A stretch of DNA of 64,000 nucleotides from an uncultured Erysipelotrichaceae bacterium (lineage in GTDB: Bacteria; Bacillota_I; Bacilli_A; RF39; UBA660): NCBI GenBank assembly GCA_902797995.1, contig CADBUX010000011.1, positions 1,013 through 65,012 of the forward strand, read 5' to 3'. The translations under genes and the position numbers were made by a program. This document shows, one piece after another, positions 38,293-50,692 of the stretch. Each line of letters starts with the position of its first letter. Positions within the stretch are counted from its first letter, which is position 1. The notes under the pieces are model-generated. The model did not search any database, was not told where the DNA came from, and saw only the letters and a program-made list of their open reading frames with translations.

Positions 38293-39660
38293 TTATATTT
38301 CATAATCATCTTTTTCTTTGTCTTTTATATCATCCCAGCCTGTAATTCTATCAAGTGTTTTTTCACTCATAATTTGATGATTATACATATCACTAATAAC
38401 TTCTGCATAAACATCTTCTTTATCTTTTCTATGAAACATTCTTTTTAAGAAGTTAACTAGTTTTTCAAATAAGTGTTTTAATTCTTGAAGTTCATATTTT
38501 AAATTAAAGTTGTCTTTTCTATATTCATCAATTTGTTTTTCTTGTATTTCTACTTTTTCACTTAAAGTATCTACTCTTAATTGTAATGCATCATTACTTT
38601 CTTTTAAGTTTTTAATTCTTCTAGAATCCTGTCTAGCTTGTTTAGTAATGATATTTAAGTTTGCCGATAATTCTTTAACATCTCTATATTCATCAGTTGT
38701 TTTATCAACTTTATCAATATAATCTTCCAGCTTATCCTTTTGTTCTTTAGAAATGATAAATAAATCATCTCTTAAAGGAACTTTTTTAAGTTTATTTATT
38801 TCTTCTTTTATATTATTAGAATTAGTTTTTAACTCTAATGAATTATTACTTATTGAATCTATTTCTTTTTGATGTTTTTCAATTAGTTCTTTTGTTTCTT
38901 GATAGTTAGTCATATCAGCTACATTGATATCTCTATTTCTACCTTTCATTTTTTGTTTTAAAGTAGCATCTAGATTATATTCTTTGTTGTATTCTTCGAT
39001 ACATAAAGTTCTCATTTTATCTTGTAATTGCATTAAAGAAGTTCTAGTAAATACATCGGTTTTACCAACTTGTTTACTCATACCAGTTTTACAATTATAT
39101 TTTATTGGAACACCTACAATATGCATGTGAGGACTTGTTTCATCATAATGAATAATAGCACTACATACTTTAAAGTTTGGCATTAACAATTCTAAATCAT
39201 CAACTTGTTTTGAATAAACATTAGTCATTTTATGTTTATAGTCCAAATCTTTTGTATCCCAAAACTTCTTATCTCCAAGTTCAATAATAATCTCACAAGC
39301 TAAATCACTTTTAGAATTATCACTTACTTTTTTGAAGTAGTCATCGATCTTTCTATCCTGTCTTGTTTGTTTATTATTGTATTCTAATCTTGCTTCTTCA
39401 AATTCAGTTTTATAAAAATCTTCTACATCTTTGTATAGGGAAGAAGTACCTTTTACAATTACAATTTGTTCTTGTTCGTTGTCATATTTTCTATAATTAT
39501 GCTTATCACATTTTGATAATGTTTTAGCATTTTGTATTCCGTTATTAGTCATTGAAGTTGTTCCACTAATATTATTTTTAGCAGAACTTCTAACACTATT
39601 TTTTCTATTTTTATTACTTCCCAAATGTAGAGAATATGGAAGCTCACTTATATTAATCAT
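38293..39660 (-). CDS. plasmid recombination/mobilization protein, MobV (Mob/Pre) relaxase
   Basis: Motif IIHYDETSPHMHIVGVP matches the HxDE...PHxH signature of MobM (pMV158) and Pre proteins. Long coiled-coil C-terminus as in MobM/TnpZ. Confidence 0.85.
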   Translation of the reverse strand: MINISELPYSLHLGSNKNRKNSVRSSAKNNISGTTSMTNNGIQNAKTLSKCDKHNYRKYDNEQEQIVIVKGTSSLYKDVEDFYKTEFEEARLEYNNKQTRQDRKIDDYFKKVSDNSKSDLACEIIIELGDKKFWDTKDLDYKHKMTNVYSKQVDDLELLMPNFKVCSAIIHYDETSPHMHIVGVPIKYNCKTGMSKQVGKTDVFTRTSLMQLQDKMRTLCIEEYNKEYNLDATLKQKMKGRNRDINVADMTNYQETKELIEKHQKEIDSISNNSLELKTNSNNIKEEINKLKKVPLRDDLFIISKEQKDKLEDYIDKVDKTTDEYRDVKELSANLNIITKQARQDSRRIKNLKESNDALQLRVDTLSEKVEIQEKQIDEYRKDNFNLKYELQELKHLFEKLVNFLKRMFHRKDKEDVYAEVISDMYNHQIMSEKTLDRITGWDDIKDKEKDDYEI

Positions 39661-39708
39661 CTCCTTTCTTATGGCTCAATTTTGGCTTGTCAAAATGTAT
39701 AACCCCCT

Positions 39709-39760
39709 AGATATCTTGTCATGCTAACAAGATATCAGTGGGCTAAGGAATATTCCTTAG
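39709..39760. promoter_or_regulatory. candidate oriT / RS_A-like site upstream of the mob gene
   Basis: Two adjacent palindromes: agatatcttgt-N7-acaagatatca (39709-39737) and a perfect 18-bp palindrome ctaaggaatattccttag (39743-39760). Confidence 0.3.
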
Positions 39761-39916
39761 AATCCTTTATTCAATACTTTGTAATGAAACTATGTACTAC
39801 ATACTTTCAAAACTTCGTATTGTATGGATGAAAATATTTTATCTTCATAAAACATTTTCTTTTGTAAAAATGCTATCGCCACTTTCATTACTTTGTAACA
39901 AAACGTGCCACGCATT

Positions 39917-41916
<2,000 letters not shown>

Positions 41917-42046
41917 AAAATAATTGATATTAAAAATATTTATATTTTTGTTTTTGTGTTTATATTTCATAGATGTACCTCCATTTCTAGAGCATACCTC
42001 TTTCATTGGTTATATATAATATCACTTTTGAAAATAATGTCAATAG

Positions 42047-42319
42047 TTATAGATTTTTAATAAACTCTTGTAAATCACTAATTTTAATATGTTTTTGTAA
42101 ATTTTCTACATAAACATCTCTACCATGATTAAAAGCTAGAAATGTTGTACCTTTGATGATTATTTTATTTGGCTCTATATAATTAATATTTGTTTTCTCA
42201 ACCTTACGAATAGAACCATTGATAAATGTTGGAGTAGTATTACAAAAATCACAAATAAACTGGATTCTTGTTTTAAGTTCCTCATCAATAGGTATTTCCT
42301 TTGTTATAACTTTTAACAT
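42047..42319 (-). CDS. hypothetical 90-aa protein between tRNA-Gly and the recombinase
   Basis: ORF with a Cys pair (CDFC) and no recognizable domain. Confidence 0.35.
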   Translation of the reverse strand: MLKVITKEIPIDEELKTRIQFICDFCNTTPTFINGSIRKVEKTNINYIEPNKIIIKGTTFLAFNHGRDVYVENLQKHIKISDLQEFIKNL

Positions 42320-42357
42320 AATTCACCATCCTTTCTTTGGACGGATGATTTATAAAC

Positions 42358-42384
42358 ACAAAAAAATCTATCTCTCGATAGATT
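42358..42384 (-). terminator. rho-independent terminator downstream of tRNA-Gly
   Basis: Hairpin atctatc-tctcg-gatagat, followed on the minus strand by a T7 run. Confidence 0.45.
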
Positions 42385-42425
42385 TATATATCAAACTCGG
42401 TAATCGTTCCGAGCAGATTCCTCAA

Positions 42426-42500
42426 TGGAGCGGACGAGGAGAATCGAACTCCCATCCTAGCCTTGGCAAGGCCATGTTCTAACCATTAAACCACATCCGC
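42426..42500 (-). tRNA. tRNA-Gly (anticodon GCC)
   Basis: Manual fold: acceptor GCGGATG/CGTCCGC, anticodon loop TTGCCAA, T-loop TTCGATT, encoded CCA. Confidence 0.85.
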
Positions 42501-42562
42501 AAAATAAATATATTAATAATTTATCACTCTTTTTGATAAAAATCAATATATTTAATTACTTT

Positions 42563-43621
42563 TTATTTAAGTTCTTTTTTTTCTATATCTACTTGTGCTA
42601 TAGAATCAAATCTTTTTGTTATCTTTTCTGTTGTAGTGTGAATATCATTTACATCACGGCTTACTGTTTCAATGCTACGAGATAACTTATCCCATCTATC
42701 TTTATATCTGTTAAACTCTACTCCTAGTTTATTTAATTCTTCATGAATTATGCTTGTATATTTATCTCTTTCCATATTTTTTATAATCATTTGAATTATA
42801 GTAAGAGTTGATATAAGTGTTGTAGGACTAGTTAACCATACTCTTTTCTTATATGCATAATCTATTAAATCCTGATGATAAGCATTTATTTCTGCGAAAA
42901 TAGCTTCTGCTGGTAAAAACATTATTGCTTGATTAGTAGTGACTCCAGGAATAATATATTTTTCACTTATTGCATCAATATGTTTTTTTACATCAGCTTT
43001 AAATAATTTTTCATATTTTTCTCTTTCTGCGATACTTAATCTTTTATCAACCATATTCCTATAGTTTTCTAGAGGAAATTTTGAGTCAATCCCTATAGTA
43101 CCAAGTGGTGATGGTGCAAACAGGATACTATCTACAATTGTACCATTAGGCATAAGATATTGAAGTCTATAAATATTATCATTTTTTTCTCCAAATACTG
43201 AAGATAATACATGTTTTAGATTAACTTCTCCAAAAATACCCCTTGTTTTTTTATCAGTAAGTATTCCTTGTAGAGATACAATATCTGTTGATAAAGAATC
43301 TATCTTTTTTTGAGCTTCATCTATTTTTGATAATCTTTCTAGAACATTTGTAAATGTCTTATTAGTTTTTTCAAAGTTTTGATCAAGTCTTTCATTCATT
43401 TTATCGTTCATCATTAAAAGTTTTTTATCTTGTTTTTCAGATAATTCGCTAAAATCTTTTGTAAGAGAGGCCCTTAGTTCTCCAAACTCTTTAGTTAGTT
43501 CTACTTCAAGCTTACCTAATCTTTCTGTTATATTAGCTTCATTTATATTTTTTGTAATACTTATTATTACTGCGATTAAAATTATTATTAATAGTCCTAT
43601 TATTATATAATTTAATTCCAT
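42563..43621 (-). CDS. rmuC: DNA recombination protein RmuC
   Basis: N-terminal TM segment, long coiled coil, and the conserved RmuC C-terminal region (GEVNLKHVLS...). Confidence 0.85.
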   Translation of the reverse strand: MELNYIIIGLLIIILIAVIISITKNINEANITERLGKLEVELTKEFGELRASLTKDFSELSEKQDKKLLMMNDKMNERLDQNFEKTNKTFTNVLERLSKIDEAQKKIDSLSTDIVSLQGILTDKKTRGIFGEVNLKHVLSSVFGEKNDNIYRLQYLMPNGTIVDSILFAPSPLGTIGIDSKFPLENYRNMVDKRLSIAEREKYEKLFKADVKKHIDAISEKYIIPGVTTNQAIMFLPAEAIFAEINAYHQDLIDYAYKKRVWLTSPTTLISTLTIIQMIIKNMERDKYTSIIHEELNKLGVEFNRYKDRWDKLSRSIETVSRDVNDIHTTTEKITKRFDSIAQVDIEKKELK

Positions 43622-44203
43622 TTAACTTTCCACCTTTACTACCCTTTCTATTATTTTACTTATTATATACGTTATTGTTACTAAAAGCACTACTCTTATA
43701 ATATTCGCAGGATCTTTTAAACTATCTACAAGCGATACTGCAATATATCCATAAAAAAGAAGCATTGCAGGTTTTCCTACTATAAGAGCCATTAAGTACT
43801 TTTTATATGATATTTCACTTAATCCTCCGGCAATGTTAACTAAAAACGCTGGAGTAATTGGAAGCGCAAATAATACTACCAAAGTTGTAAACTTTATACT
43901 AGACAGTTTATCCATCCATTTTTTAATTCTAGCCTTATTCTTCTTACTAAACCACTTTATAAATTTATCTTTAAATAAGTATCTAAATAAGAAAAATGAA
44001 GTCATACACCCTATAATAACTGCCACATAAGAAAGAATAAAACCAAATACATTACCAAATGATAACATATTAAGACCTACGATTGCTCCAAGAGGAAGTG
44101 GTGGTAATACTGATTCTAAAAGTATTAGAACAAATCCTCCGATTGGTCCTAGTGAAACCATATAATTAACTATATTATTTATTATAAGTGTTACACTTTC
44201 CAT
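43622..44203 (-). CDS. DedA/TVP38 (SNARE-associated) family membrane protein
   Basis: About 190-aa polytopic membrane protein with the DedA pattern (G..G..L...ESVLPPLP). Confidence 0.75.
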   Translation of the reverse strand: MESVTLIINNIVNYMVSLGPIGGFVLILLESVLPPLPLGAIVGLNMLSFGNVFGFILSYVAVIIGCMTSFFLFRYLFKDKFIKWFSKKNKARIKKWMDKLSSIKFTTLVVLFALPITPAFLVNIAGGLSEISYKKYLMALIVGKPAMLLFYGYIAVSLVDSLKDPANIIRVVLLVTITYIISKIIERVVKVES

Positions 44204-44256
44204 ATAATCACCTTATCTTGTTATATATTATACCACGATTTATATAAAATAATAAA

Positions 44257-45147
44257 CTATAAACCTTCAAAGAATAAAAACATTGCGGTTTTTATATCTA
44301 TTTTACCTTTTTTTATATTTATATCTATATCACTTAATCTTTTTAGTATTGTTAAAATATCATCCTGTACTATAAGATTAAGTTGTTCTTTTAACTTAGT
44401 GAGTCTATAAGGATGCATCCTATACTCTTTAATTATTTCATCATCACTTAATGATTTTATCTTTTCACTTATTTGAAAAAGCAATCTATAGTGATTGGCT
44501 ATTGTATACATTATTTTTTCTTCTGTTTCTCCTTCTTCAAGAAGTTCATTATATATTTTAAAGATTTTGACTTTATCTTTTTCATTTATTTTATCTATTA
44601 GATTAAAGATAGTAGAATCTAAACTTTTTTTAACTAAATTTTCTATATCTTCAGTAGTTATTTCTTTCTCATTTAGTTTATAGAGTTTTAGTTTTTCAAG
44701 TTCATTTTCTATTCTGCTTAAATTGTTACCACAATAACTTATTAATAAATTAATAGCCATGGGAGACATTTTAAAGTCCTTTAAATCTTCTTTTATAACA
44801 CTTTCTATGTTGTAACTTAGAAATTCTTTATATTTTGTCTTTTCTTGTAATACTTTAGTTATTTTCTTTCTTTTATCAAGTTCTTTGAAAGATAAGAGTA
44901 TTAATGTATTAGCTCCTTCATTGTTTAAGTACTTTATTAAAGGATCAGGATTTTCTATTTTATCTATAGAATTTACTATTATTAATTTATTTCCAAATAA
45001 ACTTACTGTGTTTAAATCTTCAATTACTTTATTAATACTTGTTTCTTCAAGGTTATAACGCACTATATTTTCTATATTAAAACTTTTAGATATTTTATTT
45101 ATTTCTTTTTCTATATAGTCTTTTTCACCAATAAAAGTATATGTCAT
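44257..45147 (-). CDS. holA: DNA polymerase III delta subunit
   Basis: Size and N-terminal pattern (Y.F.GE..Y..E) of HolA/YqeN. The assignment is moderate. Confidence 0.55.
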   Translation of the reverse strand: MTYTFIGEKDYIEKEINKISKSFNIENIVRYNLEETSINKVIEDLNTVSLFGNKLIIVNSIDKIENPDPLIKYLNNEGANTLILLSFKELDKRKKITKVLQEKTKYKEFLSYNIESVIKEDLKDFKMSPMAINLLISYCGNNLSRIENELEKLKLYKLNEKEITTEDIENLVKKSLDSTIFNLIDKINEKDKVKIFKIYNELLEEGETEEKIMYTIANHYRLLFQISEKIKSLSDDEIIKEYRMHPYRLTKLKEQLNLIVQDDILTILKRLSDIDINIKKGKIDIKTAMFLFFEGL

Positions 45148-45210
45148 GTTATCACCTCGCAGTAATATTTTAACATAATTTTACCAAATAAAAAAGATAA
45201 CTATTGTTAT

Positions 45211-45570
45211 CTATTTAAGCTTTTTAACTTTTTGGTTGTTAGTATTATTTAGTTTTTCTCTTTGAACAATTCCTGCATTTAATCCTAGGTTAAATATTTC
45301 TATATCTTCTTCTTTTAAGGCACTACTACTTGCAGGGTAATCATTATATCCCACTAAGTACCCAATTTGTTTTATATATCCAATACGATTATCTTCATAC
45401 TTATTTAACTCTTCATATGCTAATCTATTTCTTTTCATTTTTCCTTCTTTGTAACCTAGTAAAAACGTTTTTCTTGTATCTAGATCTTGATCAAGAATAT
45501 TTTCTAGTCTAACGTCAAAATAGCCTTCGACAATTCCCTTATTGTAATAGTATTGCTCATTATTATTCAT
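45211..45570 (-). CDS. hypothetical protein (119 aa)
   Basis: ORF with no recognizable domain. Confidence 0.35.
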   Translation of the reverse strand: MNNNEQYYYNKGIVEGYFDVRLENILDQDLDTRKTFLLGYKEGKMKRNRLAYEELNKYEDNRIGYIKQIGYLVGYNDYPASSSALKEEDIEIFNLGLNAGIVQREKLNNTNNQKVKKLK

Positions 45571-45603
45571 TATAAAACCTCCTGATATCGTTAAAAAAAG
45601 AGC

Positions 45604-46161
45604 TTAAGCTCTTGAAACGTATTTTCCATCTTTAGTGGATACTATTATTTTTTCACCTTCATTTATAAATAAAGGAACTCTAATTTCGTAACCAGTTTCA
45701 AGCGTTGCATCTTTGGTAGCACTTTGTGAAGTGTTACCTTTTACTGCAGGTTCAGTATGAGTAATTTCAAGTTCAATTTTGTCAGGTAATTGTAGTCCTA
45801 AAACTTCACCTTCATAAAAAGTAATATCTAGGTCTTGATTTTCTTTTAAGAATTTAACATCATCCCCGATAACTTTTTTATCTAAATCAACTTGAGAATA
45901 ATCTTCCATATTCATGAAAGTATAATCATCGCCTGTATTATAAAGATATTGCATTGGTTTTCTTTCAATTCTTGCAGTTTCACACTTTACACCAGAGTTA
46001 AATGTATATTCAATTGTAGAACCAGTTCTTAAATTTTTAAGTTTTGTTCTAACAAAAGCTGCTCCCTTTCCTGGTTTTACATGTTGGAACTCAATTATAG
46101 TATATAAATTTCCATCTACTTTAATTGTCATTCCTGTTTTAAAATCATTAACATTGATCAT
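45604..46161 (-). CDS. efp: translation elongation factor P
   Basis: EF-P N-terminal KPGKGAAFVRTKLKN, with the conserved Lys in the KPGKG loop. Confidence 0.92.
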   Translation of the reverse strand: MINVNDFKTGMTIKVDGNLYTIIEFQHVKPGKGAAFVRTKLKNLRTGSTIEYTFNSGVKCETARIERKPMQYLYNTGDDYTFMNMEDYSQVDLDKKVIGDDVKFLKENQDLDITFYEGEVLGLQLPDKIELEITHTEPAVKGNTSQSATKDATLETGYEIRVPLFINEGEKIIVSTKDGKYVSRA

Positions 46162-46177
46162 TTAAACTCACCTACTT

Positions 46178-46342
46178 CTATTTTTCTTCTTTAAAACTTG
46201 TATGTTTTTTACATTTAGGACAATATTTATTTAATTCTAAACGTTCTGGAGTATTTTTAACATTCTTATCCATACGATAACTATAACCTTTACATTCAGT
46301 ACAAGTAAAAGTCTTAAATTGTCTGTTTCCTACCTTTGCCAT
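46178..46342 (-). CDS. rpmG: 50S ribosomal protein L33 (not in the supplied ORF track because it is under 60 aa)
   Basis: Translation is MAKVGNRQFKTFTCTECKGYSYRMDKNVKNTPERLELNKYCPKCKKHTSFKEEK. The C4 zinc-ribbon L33 pattern is present. The RBS is GGAGG. Confidence 0.8.
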   Translation of the reverse strand: MAKVGNRQFKTFTCTECKGYSYRMDKNVKNTPERLELNKYCPKCKKHTSFKEEK

Positions 46343-46404
46343 GATAATCCCTCCTCATTTCCATAAGTATTATATCAGATTTTTTATAAAATGCAAAAGT
46401 TTTT

Positions 46405-48471
46405 TTAACTTTTACTTATCTTTTTACCATTTTTATCATACAAACTAAAATAAATCTTAGTAGCTTTACTTACAATTATCTGATTTGCATAGCTTTTATA
46501 CTTACCAGTATTTGGGTTTTGAATGTCTGGAAATGAAGCTGCGATTGACATTGTGGGTTTTAATGAAGGAGCATAACCTACAAAGTTATTACTAATAGTT
46601 TCAGCATCTATTACTCCATCTCCATCTAAGTCAATAAATGATTCACTGGTACCTGTTTTTCCTGAAGGACTTGGGGCTTCTGTCATATAACCAGTTCCTG
46701 TACCATATGTGGTAACACCTCTGAATCCTTGTCTTACTCTACTGATGTATTTTTTCTTAACATTTAAATTATTAAGAATTGTGGGTTTAATTTCGTATAA
46801 GACTTTGCCATTATCGTCAATGACAGCTTTTAAAAATCTAGTTTTATATCTATTTCCACCATTTGCTATAGTTGAAACGTATTGTGAAAGCTGCAAAGTT
46901 GTATAGGTATCATATTGTCCAATTGCGTAGTTTATTAAAAGGTCTCCTGCCCTATTATCACTTTTATAACCATCTTCTTCTTTTGGATAGTCAATTCCTG
47001 TTTTTACACCAAGACCAAATCTATAAAACATATTACGATATGTATCAAAGGCTTCTTCCTTGATTTTAAGTCTTTTTCCGGGATAGTAATCAAACCCTCC
47101 GACTTTCATAGCAATTTTATATTGATATACGTTTGAAGAAAAAGCAAGCGCTTGCAGGTCATTAATGTATCCTAAAGTTTTCCAAGAACATTTGTTAGGA
47201 AGATTATCAAGTGATATACAAGAATCAACCATATAAGTACCTGGTTTTATAACTTTCGTATCATATCCTACCATCATACTAGCACCTTTAACTACAGAGC
47301 CTGGTGTAACAGTAGATAAAAATACTCCCTCGCTATTATCATATGCTTTATAGTAACCATTTTTTCTAACAAGTTTTTTCCCTGACATAGATAGTATTTC
47401 ACCAGTATTTGGGTTTTGGATTACAACGTAACTTCTATTAAAATACTGAGTATTGGCTTCACTTTTTGCGCGTTTTAACTCTTCTTCAAGCATTTTATCT
47501 ATTTTTCTTTGAAGATCAATATCTATAGAAAGCATTATATCAGTGCCTTTTTTGCCTTCTTTTTCTAGAATTAATTCATTATGGTCTCCGAGCGAATAAA
47601 TAGCTTTTTCTCCACTTAATATTTCTTCATATTGTTTCTCTAGTCCACTTATTCCTACTCTATCATTTAATGAATAGCCTTTGTTTAAATATTCATCTGC
47701 ATCTTCTTTGGGAATACCACTTTTACTATCTGATACACTTCCAAGAATAACCCTTAAAGTATCACCATAAGGGTATACTCTTTCCCACTTTAGTTTAGTA
47801 TTAAAACCCTTTAAAGTTTTATTTTTTTCTGAAAAGTATACATATTCACTATCGGTTACATTTTTATCTTTTATTATTTTTTCATCGTAATAATAACCTT
47901 TGTTCATTAAATAGTAGACATAAGCAGCTCTTTTATCATCTTTTGTCATCTTCTTTATATTATCTTTACTTATTCTTTTTATTTTAAGTTCATATATCTC
48001 GTTTTCATCAAGTTTTCTGTTTTCTAGTTTTTCATATTCTTCATTTGTAATTAGTTTATCAGTTTCTTCTTTGTTAATTATTACATAAAACTCTCTTAGA
48101 TTTCTATCTAAAACATCCTTATAATTAAGTTTTAATATTTTACTAATTTTATAAGCAATATTAATCTCTTCTTCTGTAGTTATTCCAGAAGGCTTTTTAT
48201 AATAAATTGTTTTGATAGCTTTGTTATCTACTAAAACATTTCCATTTCTATCTAATATCCTACCACGTGGAACACTTTCTCCATATACATGTTTAACAGT
48301 GCCTTTATTAAGCATCATATTATAATAACTGGACATAAATATATTTAAATAAAGTATTCTGATAATGATTACTATAAAAAAGATAACAGCAAAAGTGAGA
48401 ATAAATTTCATTCTATTATTCTCATGTTTTAAGTAAACAGTTTTATACTTTTTATTCTTAGTTTTTCTCAT
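46405..48471 (-). CDS. penicillin-binding protein 2 / peptidoglycan D,D-transpeptidase (FtsI/SpoVD-like)
   Basis: N-terminal TM anchor, a PBP dimerisation region, and a transpeptidase domain (STVTPGS, SSN, KTGT). Start chosen at Met22 of the longest ORF (48471) to avoid overlap with the divergent gene. Confidence 0.8.
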   Translation of the reverse strand: MRKTKNKKYKTVYLKHENNRMKFILTFAVIFFIVIIIRILYLNIFMSSYYNMMLNKGTVKHVYGESVPRGRILDRNGNVLVDNKAIKTIYYKKPSGITTEEEINIAYKISKILKLNYKDVLDRNLREFYVIINKEETDKLITNEEYEKLENRKLDENEIYELKIKRISKDNIKKMTKDDKRAAYVYYLMNKGYYYDEKIIKDKNVTDSEYVYFSEKNKTLKGFNTKLKWERVYPYGDTLRVILGSVSDSKSGIPKEDADEYLNKGYSLNDRVGISGLEKQYEEILSGEKAIYSLGDHNELILEKEGKKGTDIMLSIDIDLQRKIDKMLEEELKRAKSEANTQYFNRSYVVIQNPNTGEILSMSGKKLVRKNGYYKAYDNSEGVFLSTVTPGSVVKGASMMVGYDTKVIKPGTYMVDSCISLDNLPNKCSWKTLGYINDLQALAFSSNVYQYKIAMKVGGFDYYPGKRLKIKEEAFDTYRNMFYRFGLGVKTGIDYPKEEDGYKSDNRAGDLLINYAIGQYDTYTTLQLSQYVSTIANGGNRYKTRFLKAVIDDNGKVLYEIKPTILNNLNVKKKYISRVRQGFRGVTTYGTGTGYMTEAPSPSGKTGTSESFIDLDGDGVIDAETISNNFVGYAPSLKPTMSIAASFPDIQNPNTGKYKSYANQIIVSKATKIYFSLYDKNGKKISKS

Positions 48472-48528
48472 ATTATTATTTTGCATCAATTTTAAAAAAA
48501 ACTTACATATAATTTTGTAGGTGATTGT

Positions 48529-48777
48529 ATGCAAAGAAATCTTATAATGAATTATGCTAAAAATTTAACTAAAGAAGATATTGATTCTTTTGTAAAAACC
48601 AATAATATAGAAGTATCAAAAAAAGATATAGATACTATATATAACCATATAAAAACTTATTATCAAGTATTTTTTGATGATCCAATAAAGTATATAAAAA
48701 TGTTAAAAGGAAAAATAAGTGATGATATATATTATCAAATATTAATGGTTTATGATAAGTACAAAAGTTATTTATAG
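48529..48777 (+). CDS. small hypothetical protein (82 aa)
   Basis: Divergently transcribed from the PBP gene. No recognizable motif. Confidence 0.4.
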   Translation: MQRNLIMNYAKNLTKEDIDSFVKTNNIEVSKKDIDTIYNHIKTYYQVFFDDPIKYIKMLKGKISDDIYYQILMVYDKYKSYL

Positions 48778-48791
48778 TAAAAGGACATAGA

Positions 48792-49307
48792 TTAATTTCT
48801 ACGTCCTTTATCTTTTAATGGAAATATAACTAAGTTTGCTTTACCTGTTATTTGCTTTTTCTTAACGCATCCAATCATTCTACTGTCTTTGGAATTGTCA
48901 CGATTATCACCCATTACAAAATAACAGTCACTCGGTATTTTGTCATAACTAAGATTTCTTATATCAAAATCTTCAGTTTCTTCTTTTAAAAAAGTTTCTT
49001 TTACTTCTTGTCCATTGATATATAAAACATTATTTTCAAATTTTAATGTTTCTCCTGGAAGCCCAATTACTCTTTTAATAATTTTATCATCTTGTGTATT
49101 AATTACTACAATATCAAATCTCTTTATATTATTAAACCTATATGTTATTTTATTTAAAAGCATTATTTCCCCATTTTTTAAAGTAGGATACATACTAGTA
49201 CCATTAACTCTTACAGGAGTTACTATAAAAGTTCTAATAAAAATTACTAAAACTATTAAAAAAACATATACAAAATACTCTATAGTATTATCTTTTTTCT
49301 TATCCAT
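48792..49307 (-). CDS. lepB: signal peptidase I
   Basis: Catalytic Ser box GTSMYPTL and Lys box, with GDNRDNSKDSR. Confidence 0.85.
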   Translation of the reverse strand: MDKKKDNTIEYFVYVFLIVLVIFIRTFIVTPVRVNGTSMYPTLKNGEIMLLNKITYRFNNIKRFDIVVINTQDDKIIKRVIGLPGETLKFENNVLYINGQEVKETFLKEETEDFDIRNLSYDKIPSDCYFVMGDNRDNSKDSRMIGCVKKKQITGKANLVIFPLKDKGRRN

Positions 49308-49324
49308 AATCTAAAAAATAAGGC

Positions 49325-49678
49325 CTATTTACCTGCCTTATTTCCTCTTTCTTTAATTCTGTACCCACTAACACGATCCTTTAAGAAGTTTAACTTAGCA
49401 CGTCTTACTTTACCTTTTTTAACAACAGTAATTTTTGCTACTTTTGGAGAATGAACAGGGAAAATTCTGTTAACTCCAACTCCATAAGAGATTTTTCTAA
49501 CTGTAAATGTTTCGCTGATTCCAGCACCTTTACGTGATGTGACTACTCCTTCGAATGCTTGGATACGTTCTTTTTTACCTTCGATGATTTTTACATCTAC
49601 ACGAACTGTATCTCCCACTCTAAATTCAGGAATATCACTTTTTAGTTGTTTAGCCGATACTTTACTCGCTAAATCCAT
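49325..49678 (-). CDS. rplS: 50S ribosomal protein L19
   Basis: [11 protein letters not shown]...ERIQ.FEGVV...[19 protein letters not shown] is the L19 signature. Confidence 0.9.
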   Translation of the reverse strand: MDLASKVSAKQLKSDIPEFRVGDTVRVDVKIIEGKKERIQAFEGVVTSRKGAGISETFTVRKISYGVGVNRIFPVHSPKVAKITVVKKGKVRRAKLNFLKDRVSGYRIKERGNKAGK

Positions 49679-49782
49679 TTCTATTCCTCCTTATCTATCA
49701 CAATCATATATAAATACAGCGGATTGCTTTACTTAACGTTACTAATAGTAACACAAAAATATTACTTTGTCTAGTTATTTTG

Positions 49783-50691
49783 TTATTTTTTCCATAAGTT
49801 TTCCCCATAAATGCCATCTTTTATCATTTTATTAATAGCATCTACTACTATTTGTTTATCTTCTTTATAAGTTACTCCATACCAATTTTCATTAGTTTCT
49901 AATAATTCTACTTTTATTTTACTTTCTTCAAGTAATTTACCAACAACATCTGGTATTAAAAACTCTTTAGTTTCTAGATTGTCTTCATTTTCCTTTAAAA
50001 AATAAATTAGTTCTTCTTCCAAATGATTTAAAAACTCTTTTGGAAAACCAAGAAGATTCATTGATACATTAGTATCACCACTTATTTCTTCTTTTAGACC
50101 TGTTTTAATAGATTTTCTTATGTATTTACCATTAATGTGTTCAATAATGCTTTCATCTAAATCTATTAGTTTTCCACTTGCTTCAAAACATACTCCTCTT
50201 TTTACTGATCCGTTATCAGTTACAGTGTTTTTAAGTTTATATGAAACAATTGCATAAGTTTCAACATTATTCATCAATTCCTTATCTAGAAAATCTGATA
50301 TTTCTTTTAGAGCGCCATATCCATAAAAATCATCAGCATTCATTATAGCAAAATTACCTTCAATATAATCTCTTGCACAGTATACTGCTTGTCCAGTTCC
50401 TAAAGGTTTTACTCTGCCCCCTAGATCTACTTTTATTGGCAAGTCATCCATTTTTTGAAAAGCATAGGCTATTTCTATATCATCCGGCATTCTTTTACCT
50501 ATGGTCTCTTTAAATATTTCATAGTTTTCTTCTTTTATAATAAAAACTATTTTATTAAAACCACATCTTATGGCATCATGAACAGAATAATCAATTATAA
50601 ATTCACCAGATGGGCCCACAGGTTCAATTTGTTTTAAACCTTCGAAACGGGATCCTATTCCTGCCGCCATAACTACTAAAGTTTTTTTCAT
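49783..50691 (-). CDS. sugar-phosphate nucleotidyltransferase family protein
   Basis: N-terminal MAAGIGSRF nucleotidyltransferase glycine-rich loop. The specific substrate is not assignable. Confidence 0.5.
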   Translation of the reverse strand: MKKTLVVMAAGIGSRFEGLKQIEPVGPSGEFIIDYSVHDAIRCGFNKIVFIIKEENYEIFKETIGKRMPDDIEIAYAFQKMDDLPIKVDLGGRVKPLGTGQAVYCARDYIEGNFAIMNADDFYGYGALKEISDFLDKELMNNVETYAIVSYKLKNTVTDNGSVKRGVCFEASGKLIDLDESIIEHINGKYIRKSIKTGLKEEISGDTNVSMNLLGFPKEFLNHLEEELIYFLKENEDNLETKEFLIPDVVGKLLEESKIKVELLETNENWYGVTYKEDKQIVVDAINKMIKDGIYGENLWKK

Positions 50692-50692
50692 A

